Shown piece by piece: positions 25,259 to 31,918 of a DNA stretch of 31,918 nucleotides. The stretch lies in the NCBI GenBank assembly GCA_016211955.1, contig JACRHX010000009.1, positions 1 to 31,918 on the forward strand, written 5' to 3'. The stretch's first letter is position 1. Each line of letters starts with the position of its first letter. The stretch comes from Parcubacteria group bacterium. Its GTDB lineage: Bacteria > Patescibacteriota > Minisyncoccia > UBA6257 > JACRHW01. The notes beneath the pieces were generated by a model that made no database searches, was not told the DNA's origin, and saw nothing but the letters and a program-made list of their open reading frames with translations. Both the position numbers and the translations under genes were made by a program.

Positions 25259-25783
25259 TTACACCCTTCTCACGAACATGCATTTTAGTTGATTTATATA
25301 GTTACCCACCTCTTCTGATTCAAAAACAGAATCTTCGATTACCAAACCCTCTGTTTTTACCTCACCGAAATCAGAAAGAATGCTGAACATTTTATTATAT
25401 TTAACACTATCACTAACAAAAGTAACGACAACTAGCTCACCACCATCAGACACCAAGTTCCATGTTCTCCCAAGAAAGTCTTCGTATCTAGAAACATCTT
25501 TTGGCATTACCTGAGACAATAGAACAAGATCGTAGGTACCATGAACCTCAATAGACGGAAACACGCCTTCCAACACCCTAAGCCCATCTTTTCTCAGAGA
25601 ACCGGCCCTTTCTGGATCCGATTCAACAGCGACATAATCTTTAATGTTAGGCAAAAGAGAGAGACCTAAAAATGAATCACCCGCCCCAACATCGAGTAAT
25701 GACTTAGCGTGTTGTTCTTGTACGTGCCTTAAGATATGCTTGAATTTAAAACTATAAATTTGATCTGCTTCGACAAAAGACAT
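25259..25783 (-). CDS. class I SAM-dependent methyltransferase; ATG start 25783
   Basis: LLDVGAG motif I; AVE motif II; YDLVLLSQV; L..GG.LVV. Confidence 0.82.
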   Translation of the reverse strand: MSFVEADQIYSFKFKHILRHVQEQHAKSLLDVGAGDSFLGLSLLPNIKDYVAVESDPERAGSLRKDGLRVLEGVFPSIEVHGTYDLVLLSQVMPKDVSRYEDFLGRTWNLVSDGGELVVVTFVSDSVKYNKMFSILSDFGEVKTEGLVIEDSVFESEEVGNYINQLKCMFVRRV

Positions 25784-25850
25784 GAGCAAAAATACATTAA
25801 ATATATTTTAATAGATCCTCATACAACTCGCCGGGACTTCCTCGCTTGGT

Positions 25851-26915
25851 TTATGAATTAGAGGGAAATTTTTCTGATACTGAATTCCATAAACTATCGA
25901 TTTCTTCCTGCGACAAGACGTCTTTTGTGATTGATTTAAAAAGTTCTTCTGCCAAAGGGCGATCAATAAATTGATTCGGTCCACCCGAAGGACGTCCTCT
26001 TTGTTTCCATTTTTCATATAGTATCTTCGAAATCCTAATTGGAAAAATTACCAAAACGATATCATCAATTTTGTCTTCTTTAACAAGTTGCTCCTTTGAA
26101 AACGACACTTGTTGTTTCTTTCTCTCGACACGATGAACATTTGTAGTAAATTGAATTCCTATATTCTTTAGAACTCCACCCGTCTCGACACCAACCCTCC
26201 TTCTCTTTTCCTTCCGAGTCAAAATAAAATCTATTTTTTGTTCCACATCCTGATATGCATCGGCATCAGAAATTGAATAAGGTGCAGCGTTGTCCCACTG
26301 GAGTTTTTTAAAAATGTTTTTTACTATCCTCTCAGAAATAAATCCAGATCCTACTTTTTCAATATTTTCGTGAGACGCTTTTAATCCCGCATAAGCCGTT
26401 TTTAGACCCTCACGGACGCCTTCATTTTCAATAATTTGATTATCAAGAAGGCACTGAAGTCGGTATTTCGTCTTTTCTAAAAGATATCTTCTCTGTAATC
26501 CTCTGGGGACATTTGCATCAAATTGATAAAAAATACCCCACTCCAAATCTGTCAGCACATCACCAAACGAAGCAGTGCGTTTTTGACGACGATCATCCCA
26601 ATACAAAAATACATTTTCATTTACATCATATGTTGCTTGGCGTGTCAATTCTTTTTTTTCATAATGACACGCGGGATCATCTAGACACCTAAGCTCACTT
26701 CGCAACTCATCTATTATCTCCTGCTTTTCTTTTTGTATCGAAAAGATGTGTTCCTGGACCTCTTTTGGTGTATTTTGTTGTTTTGCTGCCCGCTCAATAT
26801 GCCAATCAATCACGATTTTAAGACGCTCTAGTGCTTCCCCTTCCTCCTCTACTTGTTTTTCCTCCTTTGCCAAGGCACTAAGGTCGTATAAATTTTTTTC
26901 AAAACTCTTTTTCAT
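25851..26915 (-). CDS. hypothetical protein; C-terminal half resembles a PD-(D/E)xK nuclease fold
   Basis: Helical N-terminus; G..SE..V ... QD.EQKIDFI ... GIQFT motif order. Confidence 0.6.
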   Translation of the reverse strand: MKKSFEKNLYDLSALAKEEKQVEEEGEALERLKIVIDWHIERAAKQQNTPKEVQEHIFSIQKEKQEIIDELRSELRCLDDPACHYEKKELTRQATYDVNENVFLYWDDRRQKRTASFGDVLTDLEWGIFYQFDANVPRGLQRRYLLEKTKYRLQCLLDNQIIENEGVREGLKTAYAGLKASHENIEKVGSGFISERIVKNIFKKLQWDNAAPYSISDADAYQDVEQKIDFILTRKEKRRRVGVETGGVLKNIGIQFTTNVHRVERKKQQVSFSKEQLVKEDKIDDIVLVIFPIRISKILYEKWKQRGRPSGGPNQFIDRPLAEELFKSITKDVLSQEEIDSLWNSVSEKFPSNS

Positions 26916-26923
26916 ATAAAAAA

Positions 26924-27967
26924 CTACTTGTACTTATCGAGGAAGAAAATGATAAGTCCTAAACTAGTGGTTATTCCCGAAACAATCCAAAATTTCATAG
27001 TGATATTTGTTTCTGGTAAGCCTAGCGCTTCAAAATGGTGATGAATGGGGGTGGAAAGAAAAACCTTTTTTCCACGAATTCTTTTACTTAATACCTGAAT
27101 AATCACAGACAATGACTCCAATACTAAAATCGAGGCAAAGAGTGGTAATAAAAGCGCTGTATTAGTAAGCATAGCAATAACCCCCAACACAATGCCCAAC
27201 GACATTGCCCCTGTATCCCCCATAAAAAAGCGGGCAGGGTAGATGTTGTTCCATAAAAAAGCGATAAGTGCACCAAGAAGCGTCGCAATAAACACGGCAA
27301 GATCATATTTATGATTTAAAAACGCTACCACCCCCAATGCAATAAAAGGGGAAACAAGCACCCCCGCTGCTAAGCCATCTAAGCCATCTGTTTCGTTGGT
27401 TGAAAAAGCGGTCGCAGTAAGTACAAAAATAAAAAGAGGGATATACCAAATTCCAATAGAGATATCTCTCCATAGGGGAATATGAATAATGTTCCAATCA
27501 AGACGAAAATAAAACCAAAGGGCGCCAAGTGTAGCAACAAGAATATATAACAATAGCTTTCCTTTCATACTTAGCCCACCCCCCCTAGGTCCTAAGTGTA
27601 AAACCCCTAGCACGTCGTCTACTAAACCAATGAACGCTGCGATACATAATGCAGCAAGAGGAAGATAGGTCTCACCACGATTAATGAAATTAAGCTGAGA
27701 AAACACCCCACCAAAAAATTTATCACCAAAAAACATAACAGTTGCAATACTTAGTATAGTAAACCAAATTACAATACCACCCATGGTAGGGGTACCCTCT
27801 TTTTTCTTATGGAGCCCAGCAAACACTGGGGTATCTTTTTCTGAACGTATCTGTTTGCCAAGTTGATACTTCTTCAAAAGATAAAGAAGGGGTGTCGAAA
27901 GAAGTATTGCAATAAGAAAAGAGAGGGTGCCAAGCGAGAGAAAACGAATAGCTTGTGTGACGATCAT
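26924..27967 (-). CDS. mraY: phospho-N-acetylmuramoyl-pentapeptide transferase
   Basis: K.GTPTMGG; G..DD; N.TDGLDGL; N.YPA..FMGDTG; P.HHHFE..G..E..I..KFW. Confidence 0.97.
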   Translation of the reverse strand: MIVTQAIRFLSLGTLSFLIAILLSTPLLYLLKKYQLGKQIRSEKDTPVFAGLHKKKEGTPTMGGIVIWFTILSIATVMFFGDKFFGGVFSQLNFINRGETYLPLAALCIAAFIGLVDDVLGVLHLGPRGGGLSMKGKLLLYILVATLGALWFYFRLDWNIIHIPLWRDISIGIWYIPLFIFVLTATAFSTNETDGLDGLAAGVLVSPFIALGVVAFLNHKYDLAVFIATLLGALIAFLWNNIYPARFFMGDTGAMSLGIVLGVIAMLTNTALLLPLFASILVLESLSVIIQVLSKRIRGKKVFLSTPIHHHFEALGLPETNITMKFWIVSGITTSLGLIIFFLDKYK

Positions 27968-28005
27968 AATTGGAGGTGTAGCTTTTAGAAATTAGTTTAA
28001 GTAAT

Positions 28006-28169
28006 TTTGAATCACAACATGTATATTTCGAACCGTTCCGTAGGCGCGGAGCAGGGTACTGTCAATCCCGAATTGAAAATGAGTTGGATTGACAACGAAG
28101 CGCCTGCGGACGAGTGAGGATACCGCTGGGTATCCGAATGGGTGAGAAATATACATGTTGTGATTCAAA
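28006..28169. mobile_element. 164-bp multibranched palindromic element with a perfect 24-bp TIR
   Basis: tttgaatcacaacatgtatatttc/gaaatatacatgttgtgattcaaa; inner stems ccgtaggcgc/gcgcctgcgg, tgtcaatcc/ggattgaca and ggatacc/ggtatcc. Confidence 0.8.
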
Positions 28170-28177
28170 GCCCATAC

Positions 28178-29245
28178 CTATTTAAACACGTAGGCACGCT
28201 TAGTCCATTGTAATAACGCCTCAACATCCTTAAATCGATCAGTGGATCCCAATAGAATAATAGAAATAGTATGATTGTTATGCTCAAAAAGCGCAACAAT
28301 ATTCTGCCCCGATTCATCAATAGTACCTGTCTTCCCTCCCAAAAAACCAAGTTCTGGATGAAGAGCAAGATAATCAATATTAACAAGCTTGTGTTTCTTT
28401 GATGCAGAAGAGATAACAACTTCACGTGCTTTTGTCATATGAAACAGTTCTGGGTGCACACGATATATGTATTGTACTATACTCTTAAGCTCGCGGGGAG
28501 TAGAAACATTCTGTGGGGAAAGACCCGTCACTTCTTCGATATGTGAACGAGAGAGTCCTAGTCCCGTTATTATACTTCGCATACGTACAAGAAGCTTAGA
28601 ACCAAGCTCTTCCTCAATTGCTTTAGCGGCATCATTTGAAGAAACGAGAAGCATTAGCTGTACGAGATTATCGAGATAGAATTTTTCTCCTACCACAAGA
28701 TTACCACTACTACCTTCTATACCAACTGCCTCCTTACTAATAATGATGGGTTGTTTTGGAGTACTTATCTCTTCCGCTGCGGCAGCAGTAAGGAGTTTTG
28801 TGACTGAAGCAATAGGCCACACAAGATCTTGGTTTTTTGCAAACAAATCTACCTGCGTAGTAAGGTCTGTAATGAGTACAGCATAAGCCCCCACCTCAAT
28901 ATCGGGCACATCAAAATTACTAATAAGCGCGGTGAGTGGTTGATGAGAAACACTTAGGTGTGGTTGTTCCAAGTCCCCCATCGTACGATATCTACCAGAT
29001 ATGATATCTTTCGAATTTACCGGTGATACACTTTTCTGCTCCACCACTTTTATCCGTGTAGAAAGCATCGTACTATACGAAAACCATCCTATTCCCAATG
29101 CTCCAAAAGTAAGCGCAAATAATCCCCACGAAGAAAAATAAGCGCGATGACCCATATCGGATGTTACTCCTCTATCTTCTTCCTCGCCCTTATGTACTAT
29201 TTGTTCTTCAACATATGTTTCTTGAACCAACTCCTCTGTCTCCAT
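28178..29245 (-). CDS. S11 family D-alanyl-D-alanine carboxypeptidase with N-terminal TM anchor
   Basis: IASVTK (SxxK), SSND (SxN) and GGKTG (KTG) motifs are all intact. Confidence 0.92.
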   Translation of the reverse strand: METEELVQETYVEEQIVHKGEEEDRGVTSDMGHRAYFSSWGLFALTFGALGIGWFSYSTMLSTRIKVVEQKSVSPVNSKDIISGRYRTMGDLEQPHLSVSHQPLTALISNFDVPDIEVGAYAVLITDLTTQVDLFAKNQDLVWPIASVTKLLTAAAAEEISTPKQPIIISKEAVGIEGSSGNLVVGEKFYLDNLVQLMLLVSSNDAAKAIEEELGSKLLVRMRSIITGLGLSRSHIEEVTGLSPQNVSTPRELKSIVQYIYRVHPELFHMTKAREVVISSASKKHKLVNIDYLALHPELGFLGGKTGTIDESGQNIVALFEHNNHTISIILLGSTDRFKDVEALLQWTKRAYVFK

Positions 29246-29246
29246 A

Positions 29247-29384
29247 CCGGGTAGTAGAAAGTCGACTTTCGCAAAAAGCGAATTAATCAGCCTTTCCTAA
29301 AAAAATAATAATGTTTTTTGCGCCCATCGTTTTAGTTACGCCCAACAATGAAATTGACCATACTGTCGACTTTTCACTACCTGG
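29247..29384. mobile_element. MITE family A copy 2 (138 bp)
   Basis: TIR ccgggtagtagaaagtcgac/gtcgacttttcactacctgg flanked by CATA at 29243-29246 and 29385-29388. Confidence 0.9.
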
Positions 29385-29407
29385 CATACTAGGTAACAAA
29401 AAAATTA

Positions 29408-29947
29408 TTATTTCTGCGAATAGCTTTTATGAATATTTACCAATCGTTCCTTGAAATCATTGTACGCAGGAAGGTGTTCCCTGCTTGTAATCCCTAAATA
29501 TCTCAATGTATCAAAGGTAATATCATAAAGAGAACCTCCCCCCTCCCAATCTCTCTTCTCTATAAGTCCACGAATCGAAAGGCTTTTAAGAGTAAAGTAC
29601 GAATTCACCCCCCTCATCTCATCTATATCAACTTTTGCAATAGGGCCAAGATAAGCAATAATCGAAAGTGTCTCGAGGCTCGATTGAGTAAGGGGCTCTT
29701 CTAGGTTTTTTGCAATAATATCTTTGAGTACATCTGAAACGTCTGGGTGTGTTGAAAAAGAAAAATTGCCTCCATGGGCAAGGAGCACCACCCCCCTCTC
29801 CCGATACTCCTCCTTAAGCTCGTCGAGAATACGAAGCACTTCGTCTTCTTTTATTTTCACCATCTTTGCGATCTCACGAGAAGAAAGCGGCTCGCCGTGC
29901 ACAAAAAGAAGTGCTTCTATGCTCTTTTTACGCAATAAATCCTCCAT
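29408..29947 (-). CDS. scpB: SMC-Scp complex subunit ScpB; true start ATG 29947
   Basis: IEALLFV.GEPL; L..SSLETLSIIAY..P......I.E.RGVNS; L..L..RGLI. Confidence 0.94.
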   Translation of the reverse strand: MEDLLRKKSIEALLFVHGEPLSSREIAKMVKIKEDEVLRILDELKEEYRERGVVLLAHGGNFSFSTHPDVSDVLKDIIAKNLEEPLTQSSLETLSIIAYLGPIAKVDIDEMRGVNSYFTLKSLSIRGLIEKRDWEGGGSLYDITFDTLRYLGITSREHLPAYNDFKERLVNIHKSYSQK

Positions 29948-29948
29948 A

Positions 29949-30207
29949 CCGGGTAGTAGAAAGTCGACTTTCGCAAAAAGCGAATTGGTCAACCTTTCTT
30001 AAAAAAATAATAATGTTTTTGCACCCATCATTTTAGTTACGCCCAACAATGAAATTGACCATACTGTCGACTTTTCACGGCGCTGTTCGATAATCTCATA
30101 ATTACTAGTGCCTGAGCCTGTCGAAGGCCTACATTTCTTTAAGGAAACCCTTCGACTTTGCTCAGGGAATATCATGTTTCCGAACAGCGCCACTTTTCAC
30201 TACCTGG
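29949..30207. mobile_element. MITE family A copy 3 (137 bp plus nested insertion)
   Basis: Seven differences from copy 2 outside the insertion; flanked by CATA at 29945-29948 and 30208-30211. Confidence 0.9.
30079..30191. mobile_element. MITE family B (113 bp) nested in family A copy 3
   Basis: Perfect 11-bp TIR ggcgctgttcg/cgaacagcgcc; 9-bp duplication acttttcac at 30070-30078 and 30192-30200. The site is single-copy in copy 2. Confidence 0.9.
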
Positions 30208-30262
30208 CATAGAGTTTTAAAAAATTATACGTTATTTATAACACATTGTCACTCGTGAATAT

Positions 30263-30943
30263 CTACCTCTTACCGACAGTGATACCACCAAACCCCTCCT
30301 CCTGTGTTGGTGTCACAACCCCCGCCTTCATAAGTTCAAGAAGGGCGAGAAAAAGTACTATTATCTCAATCCTCTCCTTCTCCCTAAAAAGTTCGTTAAA
30401 TTGAAAATGTAACCCCGACTCCAACCGTTTTAGAATATCCCCCACCTTTTCTTCAATCCGCACAATCCTTCGTTCGACTCTTGATGAAACATGCGGTGTA
30501 TTCAATACAAAAAAATGAGAAAGGCTTTTTTCAAGGAAAGAGAGGGTAAGATTGGGTCCAGGAAGAAATTCAGGCGCACACCCTTCAAAATACCCTCTTC
30601 CAAACATGAGATGTGCTAGGTATGTTTCAGCAAGAAGCTTGCTAACACGCTTAATCTCTCTGTATAGTTGCAACTGCAACTCTAAATTACCCTCCTCCTC
30701 TTCCTCAATGGGAGTAAGTTTTGGGAGAATTTCTCGCGACTTAATAAAAATGAGACGAGCCGCCACCACTAAAAAATCTCCAATTTCAGCATAATTTTTC
30801 TCCTGAAGTTGGCGCACATAAGCCAAAAAATCAGCAGTAATCTGAGAAATGCTCAACTCCGTAATTTCAAGTTTCTTCCCCTCAATCATCGAAAGAAGCA
30901 TATCAAATGGCCCATTAAATTTTTCCTGTGTCACCTGAAACAT
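30263..30943 (-). CDS. scpA: segregation and condensation protein A
   Basis: F.GPFD.LL.MI...KL.I..LSI..IT..F; FL..AA.LI.IKS..LP; IIV.FLALLEL.K. Confidence 0.95.
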   Translation of the reverse strand: MFQVTQEKFNGPFDMLLSMIEGKKLEITELSISQITADFLAYVRQLQEKNYAEIGDFLVVAARLIFIKSREILPKLTPIEEEEEGNLELQLQLYREIKRVSKLLAETYLAHLMFGRGYFEGCAPEFLPGPNLTLSFLEKSLSHFFVLNTPHVSSRVERRIVRIEEKVGDILKRLESGLHFQFNELFREKERIEIIVLFLALLELMKAGVVTPTQEEGFGGITVGKR

Positions 30944-31018
30944 AATACTATCAGAATATCACGTGGCATTCGTTTTTAAAAACAAAAAACGAGAGGTTGC
31001 CCTCTCGCGTAGATTTAC

Positions 31019-31918
31019 CTACAAAAATACACACATCTGTTTAATTGCATTTTCGATTCCCGCACCTATCTCGTCATTAGAAAGAAATACATAAGGAATA
31101 TCCGATTTTAACGCCTCCGCATCCCACTGTCTGCAATCGTCGATACGCCCTTGAATCATCCCCTCATCATCGCCTCGAGCACGAAGACGTCTTCGTAATT
31201 CGTCTTCCGGGGGTGAGAGCACATAAAAAGAGACAATGTTCCGTTCATGATTTTCAAACTGCTTGAGATAGATATGGAGAAGTGATACCGCCTCAGGAAC
31301 AAGAATCATGCATTGTGGACCAAAAGATCTATGAAAAACAAAAGCCTCTAAAACCGCTTTTTTGGGAGTAGCATAATAATTTCCGTGAGCAGGAAGCACC
31401 CATAAAAAATCTTCAGCATGTTTCTCAAATCGTTCTCTCGGCATCTCACATTCATATTCACCAGAAAGATCGGTCATCCTTGCAGGGCGTGTAGTAAGGC
31501 TTGTAACGAGCTTCGTACCGGGTCTTAGCTCTATTACTCTTCTTACGAGCGTGCTCTTACCTACTCCTGAAGCGCCTGTCAGGGTAACAATCATCGGTTG
31601 TATCACTTTTTCATATCCAGGAAGAACCCTGTATTCAATAGGCTGTCTAAACTCAACAGTTTTTCGAACACCAAGGTACATCCCCTTCGACATACCTCTG
31701 TTTATATACACAACAGTTGCGTCGGATCTCTTCTTCCAAGCAAATCCCGCCTCAATTCCCAACATTCTTTCTTCAGGAATCTTATCATCGAGAACTCCTT
31801 CTTGTGTGTAGAGAAGGTGGCTCGCAAAGGGCGCTTCGCCATGCAAAAGACAATCGTGCATACACAATCGTGCAAATCGTATATTTTCCTCAGTAGCTTC
31901 ATAATTATTTCCCTTATA
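31019..31918 (-). CDS. fusion of an N-terminal NDT-fold/DUF7768-like domain and a guanylate-kinase-like domain; 5'-truncated by the window edge
   Basis: The frame stays open to the window end (...YEATEENIRFARLCMHDCLLHGEAPFASHLLYTQ.GVLDD..PEER.LGIEAG.AW....DATVVY..RG.S.GM), then TGASGVGKST, S.TTR..R, GNYY, PP..EL.RRL..RG. Confidence 0.85.
   Translation of the reverse strand, partial: YKGNNYEATEENIRFARLCMHDCLLHGEAPFASHLLYTQEGVLDDKIPEERMLGIEAGFAWKKRSDATVVYINRGMSKGMYLGVRKTVEFRQPIEYRVLPGYEKVIQPMIVTLTGASGVGKSTLVRRVIELRPGTKLVTSLTTRPARMTDLSGEYECEMPRERFEKHAEDFLWVLPAHGNYYATPKKAVLEAFVFHRSFGPQCMILVPEAVSLLHIYLKQFENHERNIVSFYVLSPPEDELRRRLRARGDDEGMIQGRIDDCRQWDAEALKSDIPYVFLSNDEIGAGIENAIKQMCVFL

Noticed and set aside
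25259-26915. Type II restriction-modification system
   Set aside because: The methyltransferase is short and lacks DNA-MTase catalytic motifs, and the nuclease call is weak.
29948-30193. Longer ScpB start (29992) and ORF 29999-30193
   Set aside because: Both lie within MITE A and B sequence; ScpB similarity starts at ATG 29947.
365-31811. The many antisense and alternate-frame ORFs in the track (e.g. 1596-2030, 4423-4884, 5115-5618, 14119-14565, 24414-24851)
   Set aside because: They lie wholly over well-supported genes or repeats and show no motifs or start signals, so they are shadow ORFs.
31702-31902. ORF MKLLRK... as a separate gene
   Set aside because: It overlaps in another frame the open, family-like N-terminus of the kinase fusion.
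1-31918. Autonomous IS, integrase, tRNA or rRNA gene
   Set aside because: No ORF shows DDE, HUH or recombinase motifs, and no tRNA or rRNA-like sequence was recognised by eye. A tRNAscan/Infernal run would be the definitive check.

Overview
A 31.9 kb chromosomal window from a genome-reduced bacterium, most likely Patescibacteria/CPR (Parcubacteria-like). This placement is inferred from CPR-type VirB2-like pilins, mostly SD-less starts and gene order. Genetic code 11 fits. Layout: (1) infA-rpmJ-rpsM-rpsK-rpsD-rpoA-rplQ-rplM-rpsI on +, with nearly every spacer filled by TTAG/CTAA 7-8-mer inverted arrays. (2) murA (Cys-to-Asp active site) and mscS, then three tandem genes that each fuse a VirB2-like pilin to a different NlpC/P60-type cysteine hydrolase domain; the first carries one in-frame TAA. 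(3) priA (helicase motifs degenerate)-def-fmt on -, an S41 protease, rplI, rpmA and a small accessory islet. (4) A long minus-strand cell-envelope/segregation run: an NDT-like domain fused to a guanylate-kinase-like domain, scpA, scpB, S11 carboxypeptidase, mraY, a degenerate amidohydrolase, ftsW, murG, gltX and an M23 peptidase. Spacers hold at least six families of short palindromic elements. One MITE family has three copies, each flanked by a TATG duplication that coincides with a start codon, and one copy carries a second MITE with a 9-bp target duplication. I saw no transposase, tRNA, rRNA or CRISPR array. All protein calls come from motif recognition by eye; no database search was run.
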